Shown piece by piece: positions 1 through 9,618 of a DNA stretch of 25,801 nt; the stretch's first letter is position 1; the number at the start of each line of letters is the position of its first letter. The stretch lies in IMG/VR virus record IMGVR_UViG_3300008450_011334, positions 1-25,801 of that record; one strand, 5' to 3'. This DNA is from a virus. Its lineage: Duplodnaviria; Caudoviricetes. Under the pieces are notes generated by a model. It did not search any database, was not told the DNA's origin, and worked only from the letters and a program-made list of their open reading frames with translations. Position numbers and translations under genes: made by a program.

Positions 1-258
1 GTAGCTATTGATAAATGTGTATTCGAAAAACCAGCTAAAGAAGGTAATTTGATTAAAATATACGCTTGTATGTCTAAAATAGGAACAACATCAGCTACTT
101 TTAATGTAGAAGCTAGAACATACAATGTGTTTAGAGGTGATGAAGAAGTTGTTTTAAAAACTCACATGACATTTGTTAGAGTAGACGATGAAGGAACACC
201 AATCCCAGTCTCAGAACAAGTAAAACGTTTATTTAAAACACCAGACTCAAAATTGTGA
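1..258 (+). CDS. Acyl-CoA thioesterase, HotDog fold (YciA-like), 5'-truncated by window edge
   Basis: Frame 1 is open from base 1 (VAIDKCVFEKPAKEGNLIKI...IGTTS...VEA...TFVRVDDEGTPIPV), the typical YciA-type C-terminal half; the TTG at 49 is not the true start. Confidence 0.85.
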   Translation, partial: VAIDKCVFEKPAKEGNLIKIYACMSKIGTTSATFNVEARTYNVFRGDEEVVLKTHMTFVRVDDEGTPIPVSEQVKRLFKTPDSKL

Positions 259-467
259 GACATTTCATAGTATATCTTTTAACTTGGATATCAAGTAACT
301 TGTCCATACCGTTCTGGATGATAGGACATGTTCACTTAACTATGAATGTATACCAAGACATACATGAAATCCTTATGTCATTTGGTATGAATATTATTGT
401 AGCAATAGGATTTTACTTAGATTATAAAAAATATAAAAATGAGCAAACAACAACAAATGAATCTTAA
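255..467 (+). CDS. Small hypothetical membrane protein (about 2 hydrophobic segments)
   Basis: GTG start overlaps the upstream stop (GTGA); hydrophobic stretches FIVYLLTWIS..IPFWMIG and ILMSFGMNIIVAIGFYL, followed by a basic tail. Confidence 0.65.
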   Translation: MRHFIVYLLTWISSNLSIPFWMIGHVHLTMNVYQDIHEILMSFGMNIIVAIGFYLDYKKYKNEQTTTNES

Positions 468-684
468 TATTGATATTAAGAACACTCGCCCCGTATTGTC
501 ACCTGAAGGCAATGCTGTATTTCAAGAAGGTGTAATCCTTCGTAAAGTATCTCGTTTTGTAACTGGTACTTCTGAAGATGGAATTATTCCTGTTCCCTGT
601 TTTTTTGATGTAGTTACTGGTAAAGTATTAGTAGAATTGCTTCCTAAAGAACTAAGAGACGAGTTCAGTGATGAAAATATTTGA
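439..684 (+). CDS. Phage hypothetical protein (degenerate zinc-ribbon-like, next to clamp loader)
   Basis: 81 aa ORF coupled to its neighbours; NAVFQEGVILRKVSRF..G...GIIPVPCF pattern; function unknown. Confidence 0.7.
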   Translation: MSKQQQMNLNIDIKNTRPVLSPEGNAVFQEGVILRKVSRFVTGTSEDGIIPVPCFFDVVTGKVLVELLPKELRDEFSDENI

Positions 685-1093
685 TTGGCTTGATCAGATA
701 ACATACCATAAAAAATCTTGGGAAGATTTTACCGAAGATCAACAAGAATCGTTCAATTCTTACATGGTTCACCGGTTTTTGAGTATGTATGAGGGATATA
801 TTGATATCACAAATGTTGTGCAAAAATTTCCTCTTACTGAAAAAAAACTAATATATAATACCTACCGTTCCATGATCCCAAAGAAAAAAATGTTTCTGAA
901 GTACATCAAATCCTCCAAGAAAAAAACACCACAAACTGTGTTAGAACACGTTGCAAATTATTTTACTATCTCCCTTGGAGAAGCCGAAGAATATACTTAT
1001 ATTCTCCGAAAAGAAGGTGTTCATGCAATTTTGTTCGAACAAGGAGTACAAGAAAAAGAAATAAATAAGTTATTAAAAGAACTAGTAATATGA
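668..1093 (+). CDS. Putative sliding-clamp loader small subunit (T4 gp62-like)
   Basis: IFDWLDQIT..K / FNSYMVHRFLSM / YRSMIPKKKMFLKYIK / VANYF.IS..EA.EY..IL pattern resembles gp62-like proteins of large phages. Confidence 0.7.
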   Translation: MMKIFDWLDQITYHKKSWEDFTEDQQESFNSYMVHRFLSMYEGYIDITNVVQKFPLTEKKLIYNTYRSMIPKKKMFLKYIKSSKKKTPQTVLEHVANYFTISLGEAEEYTYILRKEGVHAILFEQGVQEKEINKLLKELVI

Positions 1094-1467
1094 TTACAGA
1101 AAATACAGGTTACGATTATACTGGAACTCAAAAAGCAATTACGGATTTTGAAAAAACATATCCTACACTTGCTGAGGCATTTAAAGAAACACAAAAAGAA
1201 CAATACGAACTTTTTGCTCAAAAAATGATGGATTATGGTTTGAGTAATATTGCTCTTGGTTCACCACTTGAAGATGCTGAAGATATTAATCTATCGTTGA
1301 CTGGTATTTGGTTGCGTTGTAATGACAAAATAAACCGCTTAAAAAACATGTTAAAGCGTAAAGGTCGTAATTACGTTCAAGACGAACCAATGATCGATAG
1401 TTTTATTGACATTTCTAACTACGGCATTATTGCTCAGTTAGTAATGAAGGGTAAATGGAAAAAATAA
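1090..1467 (+). CDS. DUF1599 / nucleotide-modification-associated domain protein (all-alpha NTP-PPase-like)
   Basis: K..DYG..NI ... R.NDKINRL.N ... E...DSFIDISNYGIIA motif. Confidence 0.8.
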   Translation: MITENTGYDYTGTQKAITDFEKTYPTLAEAFKETQKEQYELFAQKMMDYGLSNIALGSPLEDAEDINLSLTGIWLRCNDKINRLKNMLKRKGRNYVQDEPMIDSFIDISNYGIIAQLVMKGKWKK

Positions 1468-2057
1468 AATTTAGTTTTGTTATACCTTGCTGGGAGCAGA
1501 CACATCTATTAAAGTGTTTGCTCCAAAGCATTTGGTGTCAAACTTATACTAATTGGGAAGTCATTTTAGTACATGATGGCCCAAATCCCTCACACGAAAA
1601 AGCTTTAGGAGACCTAATAGGTAATTCTAGATTCAAATATACAAATACAGAAGTAAGATATGGTTATTGGGGTCACTACGGTAGAGAAGTGGGTACTCAA
1701 TTAGCAACAGGTGATTGGATTATTCATACAAACGATGATAATTACTTTATGCCTATTCTACTCGAAGAAATCAATTCAGAAATCATTAGGAATCCTGAAG
1801 CTAATTTCGTATATTGGGAGATGATTTTAGGAAAATATAGCAATGTTCATAGTCATAATAAAAAAGATTATGGACATTTTGTTCCTAAAATTCAACACAG
1901 TTATATTGATTGGGGCCAATTTGCAACAAAAAGTGAAGTTATAAAAAAATATTCAATAAATAAACACGAGGCAGCAGCTGATGGAACATTAGTAGAAAAT
2001 ATGAAACACGAGTTAAATCCTGTTTTTATTGACAAGTGTTTATTTGTACACAATTAA
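1455..2057 (+). CDS. Glycosyltransferase family 2 (GT-A)
   Basis: FSFVIPCW, QTYTNWEVILVHDG, ATGDWIIHTNDDNY (DxD-like), AADG, FVHN end. Confidence 0.9.
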   Translation: MEKIKFSFVIPCWEQTHLLKCLLQSIWCQTYTNWEVILVHDGPNPSHEKALGDLIGNSRFKYTNTEVRYGYWGHYGREVGTQLATGDWIIHTNDDNYFMPILLEEINSEIIRNPEANFVYWEMILGKYSNVHSHNKKDYGHFVPKIQHSYIDWGQFATKSEVIKKYSINKHEAAADGTLVENMKHELNPVFIDKCLFVHN

Positions 2058-2060
2058 GTT

Positions 2061-3014
2061 TTGGCTAAAAAGAAAAAAATACCACAAATAGTAAAGCAGA
2101 TTAAAAATCAACCTTTACGAGAAATGAATTATGCCTTTGAAAAGGCAGTTTCATATAGTCAATTTTCTGTGTTTCAAAGTTGCCCTCGCAAATGGTCTTT
2201 ACAGTATAGAGACGGTCATTACACGTCTGAACAATCGATTCACATGACCTTCGGGACGGCGTTACATGAGGCAATACAACATTATATAACAACTATATAC
2301 GAGGTTAGTGGTGCTGCAGCAGACCGGATTGATTTAAAAGAATATTTTGAAGAACGATTCAGAGAAACTTATTTAAAAGATTACAAATCAAATAATAATA
2401 CCCATTTTAGTAACTCAATTGAAATGAATGAGTTTTTTGAAGATGGTTTATCTATTTTAGATTTTTTAAAGAAAAGACGAAATGGATATTTTGGAAAAAA
2501 AGGTTGGCATCTAATAGGATGTGAGTTACCTCTTATGGTTAATCCTAATCCTCAATATCCAAACATTTTATATAAAGGGTATTTAGACGTAGTATTATAC
2601 AATGAAACTTTCAATAAGATTAAGATCCTTGATATTAAAACTTCTACTAAAGGTTGGAGTGATAAGGAAAAGAAGGATGAAGTAAAACAATTTCAATTAA
2701 TTCTTTATAAGAAATTCTTTGCTCAACAATTTAACGTTCCTGTAGATGATATTGAAATAGAATTCTTTATTGTAAAACGTAAAATCTGGGAAAATAGTGA
2801 TTTCCCAATCCCACGAATACAAGAATTCAAACCAGCTTCAGGTAAAGTAAAATTAAATAAAGCATATAATGCTATTAATGAATTTATTGGAGAAGTATTT
2901 AATGCCGATGGTTCTCATAATTCCAGAAACCATCTCCCACAACCTTCAGCACATAATTGTAGGTTCTGTCCTTTTAAAAATAATAAAGAGCTTTGCGATA
3001 AGGGATTAACTTAA
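2061..3014 (+). CDS. PD-(D/E)XK nuclease, AddB/RecB/Cas4-like with putative Fe-S staple
   Basis: SYSQ...CP, FGTALHE, GYLD...ILDIKT, QLILY, and C-terminal CRFCPF....LC (1+3 Cys); TTG start. Confidence 0.9.
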   Translation: MAKKKKIPQIVKQIKNQPLREMNYAFEKAVSYSQFSVFQSCPRKWSLQYRDGHYTSEQSIHMTFGTALHEAIQHYITTIYEVSGAAADRIDLKEYFEERFRETYLKDYKSNNNTHFSNSIEMNEFFEDGLSILDFLKKRRNGYFGKKGWHLIGCELPLMVNPNPQYPNILYKGYLDVVLYNETFNKIKILDIKTSTKGWSDKEKKDEVKQFQLILYKKFFAQQFNVPVDDIEIEFFIVKRKIWENSDFPIPRIQEFKPASGKVKLNKAYNAINEFIGEVFNADGSHNSRNHLPQPSAHNCRFCPFKNNKELCDKGLT

Positions 3015-3026
3015 GGATCTCTTTAT

Positions 3027-3034
3027 ATATTTAT
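3027..3034 (+). promoter_or_regulatory. ATATTTAT motif (candidate phage late-type promoter)
   Basis: Intergenic, 25 nt upstream of ATG 3060; the same octamer precedes 18542 and 21695. Confidence 0.5.
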
Positions 3035-3059
3035 ATATGATAATTAAATAATAAAAGCT

Positions 3060-3245
3060 ATGAGTAAAAAAGATATGACACTAACCTCTGTTAAAGTACA
3101 GAGCGAGTTGTTTGAGAATTTTAAAATCTCTTGCGTAAAATACAAATTTTCCCTACAAAAGCTTGCTGATCGAGCTATTCATTTGTATCTTACCGATGAC
3201 GATTTTAGAAAAAAAATTCACAATCACAACAACCTAGACGTTTAA
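3060..3245 (+). CDS. Small ribbon-helix-helix-like DNA-binding protein
   Basis: LTSVKV (beta) + SELFENFKISC (helix) + SLQKLADRAIHLYL (helix); 61 aa. Confidence 0.65.
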   Translation: MSKKDMTLTSVKVQSELFENFKISCVKYKFSLQKLADRAIHLYLTDDDFRKKIHNHNNLDV

Positions 3246-3266
3246 AAAAACAACAAATTTAGTTAC

Positions 3267-4703
3267 ATGAATAATAGTTTTGAACACTTGCCAAAAGAGC
3301 AAAGGAAAAAGATCTTACTTATTTGTGACGATATCCGAGTTCATTCGGGGATTGCAACAGTAGGTAGAGAAATTGTAATTCACACCTCCCATCATTTCAA
3401 TTGGGTAAACATTGGTGGAGCAGTAAAACACCCAGAAGAAGGTAAACGTTTAGATCTTTCAGAATCTACAAACGTAAATGCAGGTATTGATGATTCTTCA
3501 GTAATTATGTATCCAGTTACAGGATACGGTACTCCAGAATTAGTTCGTCACTTAATTAAAGCTGAACAACCTGATGCTATTATGTTGATTACTGATCCTC
3601 GTTACTTTACATGGTTGTTTGCTATTGAAAATGAAATCCGTAAACACATTCCTATTGCTTACTTAAACATTTGGGATGACTATCCAGCACCTCACTACAA
3701 TAAAGCATTTTATGAGGCATGTGATTTGTTGATGGGTATTTCAAAACAAACAGTAAACATCAATAAACTTGTATTACGAGATAAAGCGGAAAGTAGAATT
3801 TTACGTTATGTTCCTCACGGTTTGAATAATGATATTTTTAAACCTTTGAGTAAAGAAGATGAACAATTAAAAGAATTTAAAAAGAAATTATTCCAAGGTA
3901 AAGAATATGATTTTGTTTTGTTCTTTAACTCTAGAAATATTCGCCGCAAACAAATTCCAGATGCGATGTTAGCTTATAGATACTTTATTGATAAATTGTC
4001 TATTGAACAAGCTAAAAAATGTGCATTTGTACTTCATACCGAATTAGTAAGTGAACACGGTACAGATCTCCCAGCAGTTCAAGAATTGATTTTAAATGGA
4101 GAACAATACAATGTAATTTATACTGGAGATCGTTTTGATGCTAATGGAATGAATTTATTGTATAACAGCTGTGATGCTCAGATTTTGTTAACATCAAATG
4201 AAGGTTGGGGATTAAGTTTAACGGAAGCTATGTTATGTGGTTTACCTATTATTGCTAACGTAACAGGTGGTATGCAAGATCAAATGCGTTTTGAATTTGA
4301 AGATGGTACTTGGATTGATTTTGATGCAGATTTCCCTTCAAATCATAACGGAACCTATAAAAAACACGGTAAATGGGCTTTCCCAGTATATCCAACAAAT
4401 CGTTCATTAGTTGGTTCACCACCAACACCTTATATTTGGGATGATAGATGCACCTCAGAAGATGCAGCTGAACAAATTATGGCTGTTTATAATTTAGGTA
4501 AAGAAGGTCGTGAAGAAGTAGGTTTAGCTGGCCGTGAATGGGCTATTGGTGATGAAGCTGGATTTACAGCAAAACACCAAGCATCAAGAGTTATTGAAGC
4601 ATTTAATACACTATTTGAAACTTGGAAACCGAGAGAAAAATATGAATTGATTAATGTTAATCAAGTAGAAGATAGAATTGTAAACCATAAATTGTTATAT
4701 TAA
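3267..4703 (+). CDS. Glycosyltransferase, GT-B fold (GT4-like)
   Basis: KILLICDD...SGIATV, YVPHG, RNIRRKQ, EGWGLSLTEAMLCGLPIIA (EX7E). Confidence 0.93.
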   Translation: MNNSFEHLPKEQRKKILLICDDIRVHSGIATVGREIVIHTSHHFNWVNIGGAVKHPEEGKRLDLSESTNVNAGIDDSSVIMYPVTGYGTPELVRHLIKAEQPDAIMLITDPRYFTWLFAIENEIRKHIPIAYLNIWDDYPAPHYNKAFYEACDLLMGISKQTVNINKLVLRDKAESRILRYVPHGLNNDIFKPLSKEDEQLKEFKKKLFQGKEYDFVLFFNSRNIRRKQIPDAMLAYRYFIDKLSIEQAKKCAFVLHTELVSEHGTDLPAVQELILNGEQYNVIYTGDRFDANGMNLLYNSCDAQILLTSNEGWGLSLTEAMLCGLPIIANVTGGMQDQMRFEFEDGTWIDFDADFPSNHNGTYKKHGKWAFPVYPTNRSLVGSPPTPYIWDDRCTSEDAAEQIMAVYNLGKEGREEVGLAGREWAIGDEAGFTAKHQASRVIEAFNTLFETWKPREKYELINVNQVEDRIVNHKLLY

Positions 4704-6010
4704 TGAAACCGTTATTTGTAATAAGTTCTCCTTTTGACACCTATAGTGGCTATGGTGCTCGTTCAAGAGATTTAATTAAAGCCATTGTAGAATCTGATAA
4801 ATATAATGTAAGATTGATTTCCCAACGTTGGGGAGGTACACCGTTTGGATTTTGTGAAGACAATCCAGAATGGAAATTCCTTTTAGATCTACAACTCCCT
4901 AATAATCAACTTCCTAAACAACCAGAAATTTGGGCTCAGGTAACTGTACCTAATGAATTCCAACCAGTAGGAAAATATAATATTGGTTTTACAGCTGGTA
5001 TTGAAACTACTTTATGTGCACCTGAATGGATTGAAGGATGTAACAGAATGGATCTTAACATTGTTTCTTCAGAACATTCTAAAAAAGTATTTGTAGATTC
5101 TAAATACGAAAAAAGAAACAAACAAACAAATGTTCTTGAAGGTACAGTTGAATTATCTAAACCTATGGAAGTGTTGTTTGAAGGAGCAAACACAGACATT
5201 TACAAAGTTATTGAATCTCACCAAGTTAAAACTATTAATTTAGATTCAATTAAAGAAAAATTTGCATATTTGTTTGTAGGTCACTGGATTACAGGTGATT
5301 TTAATGAAGATAGAAAGAATGTAAGTTTGTTAGTTAAAGCATTTTATGAAGTATTTAAAAACAAACAAAACAAACCAGCACTTATCTTAAAAACTTCTCA
5401 AGTAGGTGCCTCTTATATGGACCGAGAAGAAATTCTTAAAAAGATTAAACAAATTCTTAAAACTGTAAACTCTAAAAATGTACCTAATGTTTATTTGTTA
5501 CATGGGGAATTTACAGATGTAGAAATGAATGAATTATATAACCATTCTAAAGTAAAAGCTATGGTTAGCTTAACTAAAGGTGAAGGTTTTGGTCGTCCAC
5601 TACTTGAATTTAGTTTGACCAAAAAACCAATTATCACTACAGGATGGTCTGGACATATGGATTTCTTGAATCCCGATTTTGTAAATCTAATTCAAGGTCA
5701 ATTAACAAATGTACATGAAAGCGCTGCTAATCAGTTTCTATTAAAAGATTCTCAATGGTTCTCAGCAGACCATGGTCAAGTAGGTTACTTCCTTAAGGAT
5801 GTATTTGAAAATTATAAAAACTATACTGACAAAGCAAAACGCCAAGCATATTATAGTAAATCCAACTTTAGTTGGGATAAAATGAAGGAAAAAATTGATA
5901 CTATTTTAACAGATAATATCCCTGAGTTTCCTAAAGAAGTAAGTTTAAAACTACCTTCACTGAAAAAAATCGAAATGCCAAAACTTAAAAAAGTAGAACA
6001 AAATGGATAA
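4703..6010 (+). CDS. Glycosyltransferase, GT-B fold (GT4-like)
   Basis: SGYG..SR, FLFVGHW-like segment (AYLFVGHW), DRKNV, GEGFGRPLLEF (EX7E), TTGWSGHMDF. Confidence 0.92.
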   Translation: MKPLFVISSPFDTYSGYGARSRDLIKAIVESDKYNVRLISQRWGGTPFGFCEDNPEWKFLLDLQLPNNQLPKQPEIWAQVTVPNEFQPVGKYNIGFTAGIETTLCAPEWIEGCNRMDLNIVSSEHSKKVFVDSKYEKRNKQTNVLEGTVELSKPMEVLFEGANTDIYKVIESHQVKTINLDSIKEKFAYLFVGHWITGDFNEDRKNVSLLVKAFYEVFKNKQNKPALILKTSQVGASYMDREEILKKIKQILKTVNSKNVPNVYLLHGEFTDVEMNELYNHSKVKAMVSLTKGEGFGRPLLEFSLTKKPIITTGWSGHMDFLNPDFVNLIQGQLTNVHESAANQFLLKDSQWFSADHGQVGYFLKDVFENYKNYTDKAKRQAYYSKSNFSWDKMKEKIDTILTDNIPEFPKEVSLKLPSLKKIEMPKLKKVEQNG

Positions 6011-6458
6011 TCTAATTGTATGCGCACATTGTGGCTCAGATGCCTGCTATGTTGATGAAGTGAATCAAGATATTAAAACTTATTTTTGTTATGGGTGTGG
6101 TTTTCAAACTAACTCATTAATGAAAGAAGGTGAAACATTTTTTGAAGAACAAATTTCCATACTTCCTGAATTGTATAAGGATTTATTAGGTAAAGATGAT
6201 GATGGTCACGTTTGGATGCCTTCATCAGTAAATGTTCCTACCCAAGGTATGATATTTGCTAATGGTCCCTCTAAAGATCAGTGGGGATGGGGAGCTGTTA
6301 AAGCAGTTCCTGTTACTGAAGAGGAAAAAGAAAAATATCCTATTAAAAACCAACCAGGAAAATTTTACGAGTGGAGAATGGATATGACTACTCTTCAAAT
6401 GTTCCCTGAACGTGATTTTATAGAAGCTCTTTCTTATATTGGTGTTTTACCTGAATAA
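6003..6458 (+). CDS. Hypothetical protein with N-terminal zinc ribbon
   Basis: CAHC...CYGC pairs; translationally coupled to the upstream GT. Confidence 0.75.
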   Translation: MDNLIVCAHCGSDACYVDEVNQDIKTYFCYGCGFQTNSLMKEGETFFEEQISILPELYKDLLGKDDDGHVWMPSSVNVPTQGMIFANGPSKDQWGWGAVKAVPVTEEEKEKYPIKNQPGKFYEWRMDMTTLQMFPERDFIEALSYIGVLPE

Positions 6459-6469
6459 AAATAAAATTT

Positions 6470-7612
6470 ATGAAAAAAATATGGTACGCTCCCTATAAGT
6501 TTGAATCTTATGGAGAAGAAGAAATTAAAGCAGTAGAAGAATCACTCCGCTCAGGATGGTTAGGTGGACAAGGTCCTAAATCAGTTGAATTTGAAGAAAA
6601 AATTGCTAAACGATTTGGTAAAAAATATGGTGTATTTGTTAACTCAGGTTCATCAGCATGTTTGTTAGCTATTGCCGCTTTGAATTTACCTAAAGGATGT
6701 AAAATTATTACTCCGGCTTGTACATTTTCAACCACATTGGCTCCTATTATTCAATTAGGTTATAAACCTAAATTTGTAGATGTAGGATTAAATGATTATG
6801 TAGCTGATATTGATCAAGTTGTAGCTGCTATTACTCCAGATGTAAAAGCAATTATGTTACCTAATTTGATTGGAAATAAACCAGATTGGAAACGTTTAAA
6901 ACAAGAAATCAAATTGTTAGGTAGAACTGATATTATCTTAATTGAAGATTCAGCTGATACAATTACTGAAACCCCTGAATCAGATGTTGCTACAACTAGT
7001 TTTTATGCCTCACACGTAATTACAGCTGGTGGAGTAGGTGGTATGGTAATGTTTAATGATAAAAAACACGTTACTTTAGCGCTACAATACCGTGATTGGG
7101 GACGTTTGGGTGATGATTCAGAAATCATGGATGATCGCTTTAACCACATGGTAGATGGTATTCCTTACGATCATAAATTCCTATACTCAGTACTAGGTTA
7201 TCATATGAAAGCAAGTGAAATGAATGCTGCTTTTGGATTGGTTCAACTTCACCGCTTTGAAAAATTCGAGCAAATCCGTAGAGCTAACATTGAACGCTAC
7301 ATTGAAAATCTTCAAGGTGTAGGTGATTTAATTCTCCCAGACGATTCAATCAAACCAAACTGGCTAGCTATTCCGTTTCAAACAGAACATCGCTTTGATT
7401 TACTTACATTCTTAGAAAACAACAATATTCAAACTCGTGTAACATTTGCTGGTAACGTAACACGCCACCCAGCTTATAGAGAGTTCCTACAAGATTTTAA
7501 AAATGCAGATACTATTATGAAAAATGGTTTCTTGTTAGGAGCACACCACGGAATGACTATTGAGGACGTAGATTATGTCTGCGATAAAATCAAAGAATTC
7601 TTTTCTAAATGA
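6470..7612 (+). CDS. DegT/DnrJ/EryC1/StrS-family PLP/PMP enzyme, His-type (ColD/RfbH-like NDP-4-keto-6-deoxyhexose 3-dehydratase)
   Basis: VNSGSSA, TFSTT, IEDSAD, SFYASHVITAGGVGGM (His at the usual Schiff-base Lys position), RDWGR, YDHKFLY, FAGN. Confidence 0.88.
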   Translation: MKKIWYAPYKFESYGEEEIKAVEESLRSGWLGGQGPKSVEFEEKIAKRFGKKYGVFVNSGSSACLLAIAALNLPKGCKIITPACTFSTTLAPIIQLGYKPKFVDVGLNDYVADIDQVVAAITPDVKAIMLPNLIGNKPDWKRLKQEIKLLGRTDIILIEDSADTITETPESDVATTSFYASHVITAGGVGGMVMFNDKKHVTLALQYRDWGRLGDDSEIMDDRFNHMVDGIPYDHKFLYSVLGYHMKASEMNAAFGLVQLHRFEKFEQIRRANIERYIENLQGVGDLILPDDSIKPNWLAIPFQTEHRFDLLTFLENNNIQTRVTFAGNVTRHPAYREFLQDFKNADTIMKNGFLLGAHHGMTIEDVDYVCDKIKEFFSK

Positions 7613-8301
7613 AACCAGTAATTCTAGGAAACGGAATTTTAGGTAAAGAATTAGCCAAACAAACAGGGTGGGATGTATTATCCCGCTCTGTTGATGGTAT
7701 TGAATTAACAAATATTATTACTTGGGCACATAAATTATTGCCTTATGATACTATCATCAATTGTATTGCTTATACAAAAACATATGATGATAATAAAAAA
7801 TTGCATTGGGATGTTAATTACAAAGCAGTAGTCGATTTAATAGATTATTGTAATAACCACAATAAAAAACTAGTCCATGTATCTACAGACTATGTCTATA
7901 CTAATTCAATTGGTATACCAAGTGAAGAAGAAGTCCCAGTCCATCAAGCTACTTATTATGCTTACACAAAGTTATTAGGAGATGCCTATATTGAACTTAA
8001 AGGAAAAAATTATTTAATTTTAAGGGGTACTCATAAACCTACTCCATTTCCTTATAAAGGTGCTTGGGTAAATCACTTAGGTAATTTTGATTATGTAGAT
8101 GTAATTGTTGATTATTATATTAAGCTAATTGAAAAAGATGCTAAAGGTTTATTTAATGTTGGAACCGAATTTAAAAGTATGCATCGTTTAGCTAAAAAAA
8201 CTAACCCTAAAGTTTCTCCTATTTACAATGAAGATATTAGAGTACCTTTAAATGTAAGTATGAATGTTTCAAAATTAAATAAATTTTTAGATGAAAATTA
8301 G
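7609..8301 (+). CDS. RmlD-like NDP-4-keto-sugar reductase (extended SDR, short)
   Basis: LGNGILG Rossmann loop, IINCIAYT, HVSTDYVY, YAYTK (YxxxK). Confidence 0.88.
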   Translation: MKPVILGNGILGKELAKQTGWDVLSRSVDGIELTNIITWAHKLLPYDTIINCIAYTKTYDDNKKLHWDVNYKAVVDLIDYCNNHNKKLVHVSTDYVYTNSIGIPSEEEVPVHQATYYAYTKLLGDAYIELKGKNYLILRGTHKPTPFPYKGAWVNHLGNFDYVDVIVDYYIKLIEKDAKGLFNVGTEFKSMHRLAKKTNPKVSPIYNEDIRVPLNVSMNVSKLNKFLDEN

Positions 8302-8932
8302 TTATGCTATTTTAACTCACAATGAAGGTGAGTATATTGCCGAATTACTTGCGTTATTACTCACATATAAACGTGATATAGACGAGATTGTTATAGTTGA
8401 CGACTACTCTACTGATGAAAGAACTAAATCAATATTAAACGAATTTAGTGATCTAATTAAACTTGAGTATAGAACCTTTGATGGCGACCACACCCAGAAA
8501 AACTATTTAAATTCTAAATGTACTGGGGACTATATTCTTCAACTTGATGCTGATGAATTAGTTAAACCTGAGTTTTTAGAAATGCTTCCTATTTTGTTAG
8601 AAGAAAATAATGAAATAGATTTATTCATTATGCCTCGAATCAATACCGTAGAGGGACTTACCCAAGAATGGATTGATAAATGGAGGTGGAACGTTAATGA
8701 AAAAGGATGGGTCAACTTCCCAGATTGGCAAATGCGTCTTTATAGAAACTGTGATTGGGTAAAGTGGGATGGTTTACTTCATAGTAAAATTGAAGGACAT
8801 AAAACATATGTTTTCTTGCCTACTGAAGAATTATTTTGTATATTGCATCCAAAACAAATAGATCGACAAATTGCTCAAAATAATTTGTACGATAAAATTG
8901 AACAAACCGGCAGAAGTAAATACAAAGTATGA
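8291..8932 (+). CDS. Glycosyltransferase family 2 (beta-1,4-glucosyltransferase/WaaE-like)
   Basis: ILTHNE, EIVIVDDYSTD, QKN, GDYILQLDADE, PD.Q.RL, W.G.LH. Confidence 0.92.
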   Translation: MKISYAILTHNEGEYIAELLALLLTYKRDIDEIVIVDDYSTDERTKSILNEFSDLIKLEYRTFDGDHTQKNYLNSKCTGDYILQLDADELVKPEFLEMLPILLEENNEIDLFIMPRINTVEGLTQEWIDKWRWNVNEKGWVNFPDWQMRLYRNCDWVKWDGLLHSKIEGHKTYVFLPTEELFCILHPKQIDRQIAQNNLYDKIEQTGRSKYKV

Positions 8933-9618
8933 ACCTAATACTATCCCCAGCAGGCGATAATTCTCTTCACTCAGAGTGGATTCAGGGTAAACCTAACTTT
9001 GATTTAGTTCTCCTTTATTACGGAGATAATTTAGAAAAAGCAGGATCTTATTTAAAAGACACTCCACATGTTTATGCCTCTAAAGGTTTTAAATGGTGGT
9101 TAATTAAAGCTTTTATTGAAGATAATCTAGAATGGTTTTCACAATACGAGTATATTTGGTTTCCAGACGATGATTTAAAGATTACTACTGAGGATATAAA
9201 TAAGTTATTTGAGACAGCTAAGCAGTATGATTTATACATTTGCCAACCAGCTCTTTTAGGGTATGCTTCTCATCAAATAACAGTACCACAAGAAGATTCT
9301 TTATTGAGGTATACTAACTTTGTTGAAGTAATGGCTCCTTTAATGAATTTAAAGACAGCATTACAACTCAAAGAAACATTTGATGTAAACTATTCTTCTT
9401 GGGGGTTAGATAGTATATGGCCTTATTTATTAGGAAATCCTACGGACAAGGTAGCTATAATAGATTCTATAAAGATGGTCCATACAAAACCTGTAGGTAA
9501 TCCTGAATTATACTCTAGATTACCTCATTCAATCCATTTTGATACTCAATTAGCATATAACAAATATGCCCCCGATTTGGAATTCTCACATGTTGAATAT
9601 TTTAAAATTTTATTATGA
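8929..9618 (+). CDS. DUF707-like putative glycosyltransferase
   Basis: FDLVLLYY, KWW, YEYIWFPDDDL, L.ICQPAL, FVEVMAP, WGLD..W, VAIID...VH. Confidence 0.8.
   Translation: MNLILSPAGDNSLHSEWIQGKPNFDLVLLYYGDNLEKAGSYLKDTPHVYASKGFKWWLIKAFIEDNLEWFSQYEYIWFPDDDLKITTEDINKLFETAKQYDLYICQPALLGYASHQITVPQEDSLLRYTNFVEVMAPLMNLKTALQLKETFDVNYSSWGLDSIWPYLLGNPTDKVAIIDSIKMVHTKPVGNPELYSRLPHSIHFDTQLAYNKYAPDLEFSHVEYFKILL

Noticed and set aside
2061-3014. Cas4-like nuclease as evidence of a CRISPR-Cas system
   Set aside because: No cas1/cas2 or effector genes and no repeat-spacer array; stand-alone Cas4/AddB-like nucleases are common in phages.
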